Below, piece by piece: positions 28,798 through 39,115 of a DNA stretch of 64,000 bases (positions are counted from its first letter, which is position 1; every line of letters starts with the position of its first letter). The translations under genes were made by a program, and so were the position numbers. The stretch spans positions 64,001 through 128,000 of the forward strand of contig JBGTLG010000016.1 in the NCBI GenBank assembly GCA_041744215.1, written 5' to 3'. Below the pieces are notes generated by a model that saw only the letters and a list, made by a program, of their open reading frames with translations, did not search any database and was not told the origin of the DNA. The DNA is from Fimbriimonadales bacterium (lineage in GTDB: Bacteria; Armatimonadota; Fimbriimonadia; Fimbriimonadales; ATM1).

Positions 28798-28950
28798 GTT
28801 ATCCATCCATAGTGTGCTTCAGTTTCGATTGGCAAGCGCCAACGCAGTCAAGAGACACCGACTCATTTGGCCGTGCCAACCGTTCTGGTCGGCTTCGGAT
28901 CTAAAACTGGTATTTATGCTGGGCACCTCGAATGAGCCAGAATTGATCTC

Positions 28951-30624
28951 ATGAGCCGAACTCTCATGCTCGCCGTATGCCTAATCCCCCTCCACGCCGT
29001 CGCCCAGGATGGATTGAGGGACGTGATCGATACACATCGGGCTGATCTTGGGATTCTGCGCCGCGCGACAGTCGCGTTAACCGACTCCCGAGACGACCGC
29101 TTTCGACAGCATTATGAATCGAAACTGGACGAACTGCGAAGGATGGATTTTGCGCGGCTGTCGCACGACGCTCAGGTCGATTACGTATTGCTTCGCAATC
29201 ACATCGAGGCGGAGATACGCCAGATCGAGATCGGGAAGTTGCGCTTACAGGAGCAATCTGAGTATCTGCCATTTATGCACACAATCCTCGACATGGAGCT
29301 TTCTCGGAAACGATTGGACGATGTCGACGCGCCGAGGCGAGCCCGAGAATTGAACGACCTTGCGTATGCGATCAAAGAAGCTCAGGGTGCAGTTGAGAGC
29401 GGCAGACGCCCGAGCAAGACACTCGCGAATCGGATTGTTGGAACTCTCCAAACTCTGCGGGGAGTCTTGCGATCGTGGTACACGTTTTATGATGGCTACG
29501 ATCCAATTGTGACCTGGTGGTGCGCTGAACCTTACAAGGCCTGTGACGTTGCCATCGAAGAGTACATCAACTACCTACGCACGCGAGTGGTTGCGGCGGA
29601 CAACAGAACGATCATCGGTGACCCGATCGGCCGCGCAGCACTTCTCAGCGAATTGCGATCTGAGATGATTCCTTACACGCCGGAGGAGTTGGTCCAAATC
29701 GCAAACAAGGAGTTTGCTTGGTGCGAAGCGGAGATGATCAAGGCATCGCGCGAAATGGGTTTTGGCGACGATTGGAAAGCCGCGCTCGAAAAAGTAAAGA
29801 ACGATCATGTCGAGCCTGGCAAGCAGCCCGAGATCATTCGATTTCTCGCTTTAGAGGCAATCGAGTATCTGGAAAAGCACGACCTAGTTACCATCCCGCC
29901 GTTGGCAAAGGAGACGTGGCGGATGGAGATGATGACGCCGCAGCAACAGCTGGTGTCTCCATTCTTCCTCGGCGGTGAGACGATTCAGGTAGCGTTCCCG
30001 ACTAGCACGATGTCGCACGAAGCGAAGGAGATGAGTATGAGAGGCAACAACATTCACTTCGCGCGCGCGACGGTTCATCACGAACTGATTCCCGGGCATC
30101 ACCTGCAAGGCTTTATGGCGCAAAGATATCGCAGTTATCGAAGCTTGTTTTCAACTCCATTTTTTGGCGAAGGGTGGGCACTGTACTGGGAAATGCTGTT
30201 GTGGGATCACGGCTTTCAGAATTCTGCGGAGAATCGTGTCGGGATGCTCTTTTGGAGAATGCACCGATGCGCGAGGATCATATTCTCGTTAGGTTTTCAC
30301 TTAGGAACGATGACGCCGCAGGAGTGCATCGACTTCTTGGTCGATCGGGTCGGGCATGAACGAGCCAACGCGGAGGCGGAGGTTCGGCGTTCGTTCGCAG
30401 GAAACTACGGTCCGCTGTATCAAGCTGCCTACTTGCTGGGCGGGTTGCAGCTGCGAGAAATCCACCGTGAGCTGGTGATCAGTGGCAAGATGACGAACCG
30501 AGAGTTTCACGATGCGGTGTTGCGCCTTGGTTCGATTCCCGTCGACATGATCCGTGTGAGCCTGACGAATGCGCCGCTGACACGCGATTATCAGAGCAAC
30601 TGGCGCTTCTATCCCGGCATCTGA
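28951..30624 (+). CDS. DUF885 family secreted protein
   Basis: Signal peptide; HHELIPGHHLQ, EGWALYWE, R.ARII and YQAAYLLG. Confidence 0.87.
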   Translation: MSRTLMLAVCLIPLHAVAQDGLRDVIDTHRADLGILRRATVALTDSRDDRFRQHYESKLDELRRMDFARLSHDAQVDYVLLRNHIEAEIRQIEIGKLRLQEQSEYLPFMHTILDMELSRKRLDDVDAPRRARELNDLAYAIKEAQGAVESGRRPSKTLANRIVGTLQTLRGVLRSWYTFYDGYDPIVTWWCAEPYKACDVAIEEYINYLRTRVVAADNRTIIGDPIGRAALLSELRSEMIPYTPEELVQIANKEFAWCEAEMIKASREMGFGDDWKAALEKVKNDHVEPGKQPEIIRFLALEAIEYLEKHDLVTIPPLAKETWRMEMMTPQQQLVSPFFLGGETIQVAFPTSTMSHEAKEMSMRGNNIHFARATVHHELIPGHHLQGFMAQRYRSYRSLFSTPFFGEGWALYWEMLLWDHGFQNSAENRVGMLFWRMHRCARIIFSLGFHLGTMTPQECIDFLVDRVGHERANAEAEVRRSFAGNYGPLYQAAYLLGGLQLREIHRELVISGKMTNREFHDAVLRLGSIPVDMIRVSLTNAPLTRDYQSNWRFYPGI

Positions 30625-32126
30625 TGCGTTAGATCGCTTGCGTCGAGATTTGCGTACAGCTCAAGGGCCTCCGCACTTGGGCGTCGGCGGTGACGCCTCG
30701 CCTCGTCGTAGGTCATGACCGGATTCTTGTGCTCTATGTCAAGCGCTGCGAGAACTAGATCGAAGAACTGGGTGTTTTCAGTTAGCCCGGCGCAAAGTTC
30801 TGACGACGGACCTAGTGCAGTTACGAGAACGTGCTCGTTCGTATGGTTGCCGCTTGTGAAAACCACCTTAGTGTGGTTCCCTAGAACCATCGCAAGCGTA
30901 GTGTTGAGACCAGATGCGAAGTTGGCCAGCTTGAACGGCGATCTCCCGCCAGCAGCCTCAGCGACTGCTTCCGCTTCCTCGCCAGTAAGCTCAATGTCAA
31001 GGCGTTTCTTGATCGCATCCTTCACCTGAGATCCGGTGGGAGTACGACTAATCTCAGCGAAAATGGCATCGTAGGTTCCCTTCATTCTCACGACCGACTC
31101 GAGCCCCGCTGTGCTGTCACCATATCCTGATCCTGCACCGTTCAGCGACGGACCGCCGCAGGCATGATCGGCCGTGATGACCAATAATGTCTCCTCATCT
31201 TCTAGCGCGAAGTCGACAGCTACTTTCATCGCGTCCTCAAACTCAATTTGATCATAGACCATCGCCGCAAGGTCCGTTGCATGCCCGCCGTGATCTACGC
31301 GACCCCCTTCTATCTGCAAAACGAACCCATTGCTCGATCCCTTGAGTTGCGCGAGTGCCTTCTTCGTCATATCTGCGAGCGTAGGAACAGTTTCCTCCAG
31401 CACTACAGAGTTGAGGCGATCGATTGTATAGGGTAGGTGCGAGTCACCAAAAATGCCGAGAAGTCTGCCGGACGCTGCGCTCATCTCTGCCTTGTTCTTT
31501 GCGAGTGTGTAGCCCTTCTTTTGAAACTCCGAGTAAACGTCTTTTTTATCTTGCCGCTTGTCCGGGTTAAAGAAGCGATCACCTCCTCCCATAAGCACAT
31601 CGATTCCGCTCGCAAGGTACTTCTCTGCGATCAGTCCTTCTAAGTTTCTATCTTCGCAATTCACTGCAAAGCCTGCCGGAGTCGCATGCGTGAGCCGCGT
31701 CGTTGTGACGAGTCCCGTTTTGATGCTTCGCTCAGTCGCCAATTGAAACAGAGTTCGAAGTTCAGTTCCGTCAGGAAACATATTGAGCTGACCGTTCCAG
31801 ATTCGGCGTCCGCTGCCCCACGCCGAACTTGCCGCGGCGGAGTCTGTGACAATGGAGTTCAGGGAACGTGTATCCTGCAAACCGTTCACAGCGCACGGCT
31901 CGTCCATTAGTGAAGACCAGTACGAGTGCTTGCCGTCGCGAATCTGGCGAAAGTGGTCGGTCATAGCCATGACCTGCAAAGGCATACCATCGACGACGCA
32001 GAAGATGACGTTTTTCGGCCGGGCGGTTTTCCGTGAGATCGCTCTTAGCGGTGAAGAGAGGCCCAATGTCAGGCCTGCCGCGGCGAGTCCTCCAGCTCCG
32101 ATGATCTCTCTACGGGTGAGCTTCAT
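30609..32126 (-). CDS. alkaline phosphatase (PhoA family), Tat-exported
   Basis: TRREII Tat motif; NVIFCVVDGM, VTDSAAA, THATPAGF, EGGRVDHGGH and TADH. Confidence 0.93.
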   Translation of the reverse strand: MKLTRREIIGAGGLAAAGLTLGLSSPLRAISRKTARPKNVIFCVVDGMPLQVMAMTDHFRQIRDGKHSYWSSLMDEPCAVNGLQDTRSLNSIVTDSAAASSAWGSGRRIWNGQLNMFPDGTELRTLFQLATERSIKTGLVTTTRLTHATPAGFAVNCEDRNLEGLIAEKYLASGIDVLMGGGDRFFNPDKRQDKKDVYSEFQKKGYTLAKNKAEMSAASGRLLGIFGDSHLPYTIDRLNSVVLEETVPTLADMTKKALAQLKGSSNGFVLQIEGGRVDHGGHATDLAAMVYDQIEFEDAMKVAVDFALEDEETLLVITADHACGGPSLNGAGSGYGDSTAGLESVVRMKGTYDAIFAEISRTPTGSQVKDAIKKRLDIELTGEEAEAVAEAAGGRSPFKLANFASGLNTTLAMVLGNHTKVVFTSGNHTNEHVLVTALGPSSELCAGLTENTQFFDLVLAALDIEHKNPVMTYDEARRHRRRPSAEALELYANLDASDLTHQMPG

Positions 32127-32161
32127 GTTTCGAGGCTACCCTGACTAACATTATGGGATGA

Positions 32162-32332
32162 TTAATCGGCCGGTTCCTCTTTCGCGTCCTTTTTGCGGCG
32201 CCTCCGCACTGCTTCGCGGAGGAGGTACTCGAGCTGTCCGTTGACGCTCCGGAATTCCTCCTCCGCCATTCTTCGGATCTCTTCATAGAGCTCCGGAGAC
32301 AGCCTTAGGAGCACCGGTTTCTTTTCGGGCAT
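32162..32332 (-). CDS. Arc/ribbon-helix-helix DNA-binding protein (56 aa)
   Basis: Manual translation [48 protein letters not shown]...; directly abuts the SPFH stop; not in the ORF track. Confidence 0.88.
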   Translation of the reverse strand: MPEKKPVLLRLSPELYEEIRRMAEEEFRSVNGQLEYLLREAVRRRRKKDAKEEPAD

Positions 32333-33211
32333 TTAGCCGTAGAGTGTCCCTGTGTTTAGAACGGGTTGAGCTGCGTGTTCACTGCAAAGCACAACCATCA
32401 GATTCGAGACCATCGCGGCCTTGCGTTCTTCGTCGAGTTTGATCACGCCTTCTTTCTCCATTCTTTCGAGAGCCATCTCGACCATTCCGACTGCGCCATC
32501 CACAATTCTGGTTCTCGCAGATATCACGGCGGCTGCCTGCTGTCTTCGAAGCATCACGCTGGCGATTTCCGGTGCGTAGGCAAGGTGCGACAATCGAGCC
32601 TCTATGATTCGGACACCCGCGAGTTTCAGTCTCTCTTGCAACTCCGTTTGCAAGTGCTCGCTGACCTCTTCGGTGTTGCGTCGCAAGCTGAGTGAATCAT
32701 CTTCGGCATCGTATGGGTATGAGCCAGCCGAGTGTCGGACTGCCGACTCACTTTGCATCGCGACGTAGTCTTCGTAGTTGTCGACTTCGAATGACGCGTC
32801 ATAGGTGTCAACGACTTGCCAGACAATGATCGCAGCGATCTCAATGGGATTCCCGACGAGGTCATTCACCTTCAGCTGTTCGCCATTTAGGCTTCGCGCC
32901 CTGAGTGAAACGCCTCGCTTCGTCATGAACGGGTTAGTGAAGTGCCAACCCGATTTCTTGACCGTGCCTTTGTAGTTTCCAAACAGGAGCAACACCTTGC
33001 TGCCATTCGGTTCCACGATGAAGTACCCGCCGAACATGATGGAAGCGACTAGGAGGACGATCATCGACCAGGTCATCTTCCACCCATCGATTGAGTCTTC
33101 CCCGCCCCGGACCGCTTCCCAAAACAGCCAGCCGCAAAGCACCCAGAGACCGCAATGGGCCAAGAACATGAGCAGTCCCGGGGCCACCCGGATCGTTTTT
33201 TCGTGTTTCAT
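32333..33211 (-). CDS. SPFH/band 7 domain protein
   Basis: 2 TM segments, KVNDLVGNPIEIAA, QSESAVR, LAYAPEIA..ML.RQQA and QPVLNTGTLY. Confidence 0.92.
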   Translation of the reverse strand: MKHEKTIRVAPGLLMFLAHCGLWVLCGWLFWEAVRGGEDSIDGWKMTWSMIVLLVASIMFGGYFIVEPNGSKVLLLFGNYKGTVKKSGWHFTNPFMTKRGVSLRARSLNGEQLKVNDLVGNPIEIAAIIVWQVVDTYDASFEVDNYEDYVAMQSESAVRHSAGSYPYDAEDDSLSLRRNTEEVSEHLQTELQERLKLAGVRIIEARLSHLAYAPEIASVMLRRQQAAAVISARTRIVDGAVGMVEMALERMEKEGVIKLDEERKAAMVSNLMVVLCSEHAAQPVLNTGTLYG

Positions 33212-33222
33212 TCAATCTCCTC

Positions 33223-33252
33223 TTATATCAGACTGATATCATTACGATACCA
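33223..33252. promoter_or_regulatory. putative RHH operator array (3 x TGATATCA-like boxes, 11-bp period)
   Basis: TTATATCA-gac-TGATATCA-tta-CGATACCA immediately upstream of the SPFH RBS. Confidence 0.6.
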
Positions 33253-33333
33253 CATCAACATCGGTTGCGGACTTCGGCACACTTTCAAGCAGGATTGCGG
33301 GGTGTAAAGGAAGAAACTGAACCGCCAACGCCC

Positions 33334-35682
33334 ATGCTCACCTCCACTCTCGCAACCATCGCACTCATAGCCCCTCTGGTCCAGGATGCACCGCCGCGGA
33401 CACCAACCCAACAGCGCGGACCGAGGCCGTACGAAGAAGTCGTGACGAAGGATGCCCTGAGCCAGCCGGGGGTCTTTAAGATTCATCAGATAGGAGACCG
33501 CTGGCTCTGGGAGATTCCGTCTGCGGAGCTTGGAAAGGACTTCCTGCTAACCGTGGAGGTGAAGCAGACACCTGCGGGCGGTTACGGCGGCACGTCTGCG
33601 GGAGACCGGGTAGTTCGGTGGGAGCGACGTGACGACAAGATCCTTCTTCGTGTGATTAACTACTCGATCCGCTCAGCGACCGATGGGGCGATACGCATCG
33701 GAGTTGACGCCGCTAATGTCCCTCCGATTGCTCAGGTCTTCGACGTGCAAGCGAACGGACCTAACGAATCTGCTGTCATTGATGTTTCGCGCTACTTCGT
33801 TTCGGATCCGGCGGAGTTCGCAGTTCGACAGACTCTGGGTGTCGGCAATCTCGACGCGAACCGTTCGTTCATCGACCGGATGAAGACGTTTCCCACAAAC
33901 GTCAATGTTCAGTCCACCCTCACGTTCACGCAGGGACAGGCGCCAGCTACCCCGCAAGGCTTCGGCGGGCGTGGCGCCTCCCTACCCAGCAATACAGCAG
34001 TCGTGCTTTACAGCATGGTTCGGCTGCCTGACGAGCCTATGATGGGGAGATTGTTCGACGGTCGCGTCGGCTATTTCAGCATTCGATTTCGTGACTACGG
34101 CACCGATGAACATCGCGCAGCAGATCGAAGGTTCATCACGCGGTATCGATTGGAGAAGAAAGACCCTGGCGCCACTCTCTCGGAACCCGTTAAACCAATC
34201 ACCTATTACATGAGCCGAGAGATTCCGGAAAAGTGGCGTCCGTACGTGAAGAAGGGCGTCGAGGATTGGCAGGTCGCCTATGAACAGGCTGGATTTCGGA
34301 ACGCGATCATTTGCGTCGAAGCACCTGACGATCCCGATTGGGATCCGGAAGACGCGCGGTTCTCGGTGATTCGATGGGCGCCCTCCCAAACAGAGAATGC
34401 GATGGGGCCGCACGTGAACGACCCCCGAAGCGGCGAAATCATCTCTGCCCACATCATCATGTGGCACAACATCCTGAATCTGCTAACAAAATGGTACTTC
34501 GCGCAGGCTTCGGCAGTAGATCCGCAGGCACAGAGCCTTCCCTTTCCTGATGAGCTTATGGGTGAGCTAGTTCGTTATGTTGTCGCACACGAGGTTGGCC
34601 ACACGCTTGGATTGCAGCACAACTTCAAAGCTTCGTCGTCCTATTCGATCGCCCAACTCCGAAGCAAAGAGTTCACCGAGAAGTATGGTAACGAAGCGAG
34701 CATCATGGATTATGGTCGTTTCAATTACGTAGCGCAGCCAGGCGATGGTGCACGGCTGATCCCGATGATAGGACCTTACGACAAGTTTGCGATCGAATGG
34801 GGCTATAAGCCGATTCCTGACGCAAGCAACCCGGCGGATGAGAAGCGAGCTCTTGATGAGATGGCTGCGCGGCAAGTTAACGATCCGATGCTTCGGTTTG
34901 GTGGTGGGCCGGATGATCCAAGCTCGCAAACTGAGGACTTGGGGGATGATCCGATCGAGGCAACGCGCCTCGGAATTTTGAATCTTGAGCGAACAATGGG
35001 ATTCCTCATTTCTGCCACTACGAAGTTCGGTGAAGACTACACCGACCTAAACGAACAGCACAACAACATCTGGGGTCAGTACCGATTGATGATTGGTCAC
35101 GTTACAACTCTTGTGGGCGGGTCTGTAATGATCAACTGGCATGCTGGACGTGGTGGTGCCGTTTACAACCCGGTGCCGCGTGAGAGGCAAAAGGCGGCAG
35201 TTCAGTTTCTAATCGAAAGGTGTTTCAATATTCCCCAGGGCTTGATCCGCCCAGACGTTGCGCAACTCCTCCAGCCGAGCGGCGTAGCCGACCGAGTGCT
35301 TCAGTCGCAGACCTTCGCGCTAAGCCGCCTGTTGCAATCGGCGCGGCTAAGTCGAATGATCGAGTGGGAAGCGACGCTCAGCTCGGGGGTGTATCCGGTG
35401 GCAGAGTTGTACTCTGACTTGCGTGCCGGAATCTGGACGGAACTGTCTCAAGCGGAACCTACGGTCGACATGTTCAGGAGGAACCTGCAGCGAGCTCACG
35501 TGCTGGCGTTGACAGCGAAACTAGCGGAGACTGGGAGTCATGTGCGTGCGATAAGTTTTGCCGAACTGCGGCATCTGCTGGGAATGATCATTGGCGCATC
35601 TCCGCGAGTTATCGACTCCCCTACTCGGATCCATCTTCTCGACATGGCACGATTGATCGAAGAGTCGCTGACGATTCGTTAA
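33334..35682 (+). CDS. secreted zinc-dependent metalloprotease (Met-zincin, DUF5117/DUF4953 type)
   Basis: HEVGHTLGLQHNF, SIMDY Met-turn, DPRSGEI and GPYDKFAIEWGY. Confidence 0.92.
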   Translation: MLTSTLATIALIAPLVQDAPPRTPTQQRGPRPYEEVVTKDALSQPGVFKIHQIGDRWLWEIPSAELGKDFLLTVEVKQTPAGGYGGTSAGDRVVRWERRDDKILLRVINYSIRSATDGAIRIGVDAANVPPIAQVFDVQANGPNESAVIDVSRYFVSDPAEFAVRQTLGVGNLDANRSFIDRMKTFPTNVNVQSTLTFTQGQAPATPQGFGGRGASLPSNTAVVLYSMVRLPDEPMMGRLFDGRVGYFSIRFRDYGTDEHRAADRRFITRYRLEKKDPGATLSEPVKPITYYMSREIPEKWRPYVKKGVEDWQVAYEQAGFRNAIICVEAPDDPDWDPEDARFSVIRWAPSQTENAMGPHVNDPRSGEIISAHIIMWHNILNLLTKWYFAQASAVDPQAQSLPFPDELMGELVRYVVAHEVGHTLGLQHNFKASSSYSIAQLRSKEFTEKYGNEASIMDYGRFNYVAQPGDGARLIPMIGPYDKFAIEWGYKPIPDASNPADEKRALDEMAARQVNDPMLRFGGGPDDPSSQTEDLGDDPIEATRLGILNLERTMGFLISATTKFGEDYTDLNEQHNNIWGQYRLMIGHVTTLVGGSVMINWHAGRGGAVYNPVPRERQKAAVQFLIERCFNIPQGLIRPDVAQLLQPSGVADRVLQSQTFALSRLLQSARLSRMIEWEATLSSGVYPVAELYSDLRAGIWTELSQAEPTVDMFRRNLQRAHVLALTAKLAETGSHVRAISFAELRHLLGMIIGASPRVIDSPTRIHLLDMARLIEESLTIR

Positions 35683-35704
35683 CAAGCAGGGGCTCTGGGG
35701 GCTC

Positions 35705-36595
35705 GTGTCGAACTCCAAGAGCATGCCCCATCTTGGATTTGTTGGCCTAGGAGTTATGGGTTCGCCGATGGCGGGCCACCTTCTTCGCGCAGGTCACGCT
35801 GTCGTTGTTTGGAATCGAAGTCCGTCACGAGCCGAGCCACTTGTCAAGCTCGGCGCTTCGGTCGCTTCCTCGCCGAGTGAACTGATCGCTTCCTGTGGCG
35901 TTGTTTTCTTGTGCGTTTCGCGCACCGAAGATGTTGAAGCGGTCATCGAGCAGCTTCTTGGCGCAGCAAAGCCCAACACGACGTTTGTCGACCACTCGAC
36001 AATCAGCCCAGCGGCGGCGAAAGCGATCGCTGCCCGACTGGAAGGACTTGGACATCGTTTCATCGATGCGCCTGTAACAGGTGGGGAGAAGGGAGCGATT
36101 GAGGGGACTCTCACCGTCTTTTGCGGCGGACGAAAAGACGACTTTGAGTTTGTCAGGCCCATGCTGGAAGCCTACGGAAAAAACGTTCGGCTCGTTGGCG
36201 ATCACGGATGCGGACAATTGATGAAGATGGCAAATCAAATCTCCGTTGCGTTGTCCGTGCTGGCAATGTCTGAATGTCTCGTCTTCGCCGAGAAAGCAGG
36301 ATTAGACATCGGCGAGTGTATCGAACTAATCGGCTCGGGAGCTGGAGGCAGTTGGTCTATGACGAACTACGCGCCGAAAGTGATTGCACGTGATTGGACT
36401 CCCGGCTTCGCGGTCTCACTTCAACAAAAAGATCTTCGGTACGCGCTTGATGCGGCGCGCGATGTAGGCGCATCGCTGCCTGGTACCGCGTTGGTGCATC
36501 AGCTGTTTGCTGCGCTCGAGAACTCGGGCAGAGGAGGCGATGCGACGCCCGCACTCTTCGAGATTATAGAAGGGCTGTCCGGTGGACAGACCTAG
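35705..36595 (+). CDS. NAD(P)-dependent beta-hydroxyacid dehydrogenase (GarR/MmsB family)
   Basis: GFVGLGVMGSPMA, DAPVTGG, KMANQ and KDL. Confidence 0.92.
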   Translation: MSNSKSMPHLGFVGLGVMGSPMAGHLLRAGHAVVVWNRSPSRAEPLVKLGASVASSPSELIASCGVVFLCVSRTEDVEAVIEQLLGAAKPNTTFVDHSTISPAAAKAIAARLEGLGHRFIDAPVTGGEKGAIEGTLTVFCGGRKDDFEFVRPMLEAYGKNVRLVGDHGCGQLMKMANQISVALSVLAMSECLVFAEKAGLDIGECIELIGSGAGGSWSMTNYAPKVIARDWTPGFAVSLQQKDLRYALDAARDVGASLPGTALVHQLFAALENSGRGGDATPALFEIIEGLSGGQT

Positions 36596-38090
36596 CGGGT
36601 TAGCTGTCGAAATGCGCAACATCACCAAGCGCTTCGGCTCGGTGATCGCGAACGACGGGGTCGACTTGTCTGTTGCGAAGGGGACAATCCATGGCATCGT
36701 CGGCGAGAACGGCGCAGGTAAGTCGACACTTATGCGAATCCTGTATGGAATGTATCGTGCAGATGTTGGTGAAGTGATTGTCGATGGGGTTCACCGAGTT
36801 TTTCGTACACCTCAAGAAGCAATCTCAGCCGGTGTCGGCATGGTTAGTCAGCATTACTCGATCATCCCGGAGCTCTCCTGCATCGACAACTTGATCCTGG
36901 GTTTCGAAGGCGGTCCGATCCTTGATCGCACAACAGCAATCGAGAGGGCAACGAAACTGGCATCCTCGCTGGGCTTCGCATTCGACTGGTTCGCTGAAGC
37001 AAGATCGCTGAGCCCAGCTGCAGCACAAAAACTTGAAATCACGAAGCTGCTCTGGAGAAGTGCAAGCATTCTGATTCTGGATGAACCCACAGCGATGCTT
37101 TCTCCTGATGATGGCGACAGGCTCTTCCGCAACTTGCTTCAGCTCGCTGATTCTGGCAGGACTGTCTTGCTTGTTACGCATCGTCTGGCAGAGGTTATGG
37201 AGTACTGCACTCGCGTCACTGTGCTGCGAAACGGAAAGTTAGTTGCCGAAACGGAAGTCACCTCAATCAGTTCTCATGAACTTGCCAGTTTGATGGTAGG
37301 AGATGAACAGGTGGATGAGTACACGTCGCCCGCGCGAGTCGGTCGAATCTGTCTATCGCTCAGTGATTTTTCGGCCGATGGCGACCGCAGCAACTTGGCC
37401 GTCAATCAAGCATCGTTGGATCTGCGTGAGGGCGAAGTGGTGGGTTTTGCAGGAGTTGATGGAAACGGACAAAAGGAGCTCGTCGAAGCACTACTCGGCA
37501 TTCGATCTTTTCGAGGAGCCGCAAACCTGCTCGGCAGACCTTTGGGTCAGCTGTCGACGGCAGAGCGGCTCGCCGGAGGTACTGCGGTCGTGCCCGAAGA
37601 TCGCCATGCGCAAGGCGTGATCGATGATTGGCCGATCGCGGATAACGCGATTCTTGGGTTGCATCGTTTGAAACCAGTCTCGACGGGTTGGGTGATCGAT
37701 CAATCCGCGAAGAGTGCCGCGATAAGCGAAATCGTCACTCGATTCAACACAAAGATCTCAACACTGAATGCACCAATCAGCAGCTTAAGTGGTGGAAACC
37801 AGCAGAGGTTTGTCGTGGCAAGGTCGCTGCAAAGCGAGCCGAAGCTCTTGATCGCATTCCAACCAACGCGGGGCTTGGACATACGCGGGTCGATCGACGT
37901 TTACCGTGAGATACGCCGTCGTTGTCAATTGGGAATGTGTGCGATCGTTGTTTCGTTCGACCTCGATGAACTGATCGAGCATTGCGACCGCATCCTCGTA
38001 ATGTTTGATGGCCGAATCTCGGAGCCGCCTCCGGGCGCAACGACGGATCGGCATGCGATTGGAAGGATGATGGTGGGCTTGTCACCGTGA
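36582..38090 (+). CDS. nucleoside/sugar ABC transporter ATP-binding protein
   Basis: GENGAGKST, LDEPT, GVDGNGQ, PEDR and LSGGNQQ; two-domain CUT2 type. Confidence 0.93.
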   Translation: MDRPSGLAVEMRNITKRFGSVIANDGVDLSVAKGTIHGIVGENGAGKSTLMRILYGMYRADVGEVIVDGVHRVFRTPQEAISAGVGMVSQHYSIIPELSCIDNLILGFEGGPILDRTTAIERATKLASSLGFAFDWFAEARSLSPAAAQKLEITKLLWRSASILILDEPTAMLSPDDGDRLFRNLLQLADSGRTVLLVTHRLAEVMEYCTRVTVLRNGKLVAETEVTSISSHELASLMVGDEQVDEYTSPARVGRICLSLSDFSADGDRSNLAVNQASLDLREGEVVGFAGVDGNGQKELVEALLGIRSFRGAANLLGRPLGQLSTAERLAGGTAVVPEDRHAQGVIDDWPIADNAILGLHRLKPVSTGWVIDQSAKSAAISEIVTRFNTKISTLNAPISSLSGGNQQRFVVARSLQSEPKLLIAFQPTRGLDIRGSIDVYREIRRRCQLGMCAIVVSFDLDELIEHCDRILVMFDGRISEPPPGATTDRHAIGRMMVGLSP

Positions 38091-39115
38091 CCCGCTTTGC
38101 GCTCGTTGTCTCTGCGTGTCTCGGACTCCTTGCAATACTTCTCAATTTGGCGGGCGCATCCGGCGTCGACGTGACGAGAAGTTTTGCCGAAGGTGTCAGC
38201 GGCTACAGTTTCGACAGGTCTGAATTTGTTGGCTTTGGACCCATTTCCGAGATATTGCGGCGTATGGCGCCCCTTGTGATAACCGGCTTGGCAGTCTTTA
38301 TCGCTCTCCAAGCTGGACTGTTCAACATAGGGGCCGAGGGACAGCTGAAGGTCGGAGGACTCGCAGCGGTTTCGGTCGCCCTATACAGCGGCACGCCAGG
38401 GCCAGCGGGGATAGTGTTCGCACTTCTCGCAGGAAGCCTGGCGGGGATGCTTTGGGCGATACCCGCTGGTGCGATCAAGACTTGGCGCGGAGGCCATGAA
38501 GTCATCACGACCATCATGCTGAACAACATCGCCGTGCACTTCGCCACCTTTCTTATCGCGGGCCCACTTCGCAAGCCTGGTTCGGCGGAACCTGCTACCG
38601 ACTATGTGTCTGATTCGCTGCGGATGCTGCCGATCGGGGATTCTGGCCGCACCATTACTGTGTATCCGTCACTGGTTGTCGGGATTGTGCTTTGTGCGGC
38701 AGCGACGTGGTGGCTCTACAGGACGCCGACGGGATTTGAATTGCGGGCGAGCGGTGCGAACCCGATCGCCTCGCTGTTCGCTGGCATCAGCGTAAGGAAG
38801 TTTGCATTTTGGAGCATGGCCGCAAGCGGAGGGATCGCCGGTTTGGCAGGTGGATTGCATCTGCTCGGTCAAGAAGGTCGCTTTGCCGACGGCTTTTCCC
38901 CCGGTTTCGGATTCGACAGTCTTGGCGTCGCACTCTTAGCAGGCAGATCGCCACTTGGGATCGTCCCAGCTGCGATGCTCTTCGCGGCGATCGATCAGGG
39001 GGCGTTACGCGCGCAGGTTGCTACGGGACTGCCGAAAGAGATCAGCTCGGTGATGCAGGGACTGGTGATCTTGGTGGTCGCGATCCTGCGCTACCGAAGG
39101 AGCTACGCACAATGA
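38087..39115 (+). CDS. nucleoside ABC transporter permease 1
   Basis: GLFNIGAEGQ, HEVITTIMLN and GFELRASG.N. Confidence 0.9.
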   Translation: MTRFALVVSACLGLLAILLNLAGASGVDVTRSFAEGVSGYSFDRSEFVGFGPISEILRRMAPLVITGLAVFIALQAGLFNIGAEGQLKVGGLAAVSVALYSGTPGPAGIVFALLAGSLAGMLWAIPAGAIKTWRGGHEVITTIMLNNIAVHFATFLIAGPLRKPGSAEPATDYVSDSLRMLPIGDSGRTITVYPSLVVGIVLCAAATWWLYRTPTGFELRASGANPIASLFAGISVRKFAFWSMAASGGIAGLAGGLHLLGQEGRFADGFSPGFGFDSLGVALLAGRSPLGIVPAAMLFAAIDQGALRAQVATGLPKEISSVMQGLVILVVAILRYRRSYAQ

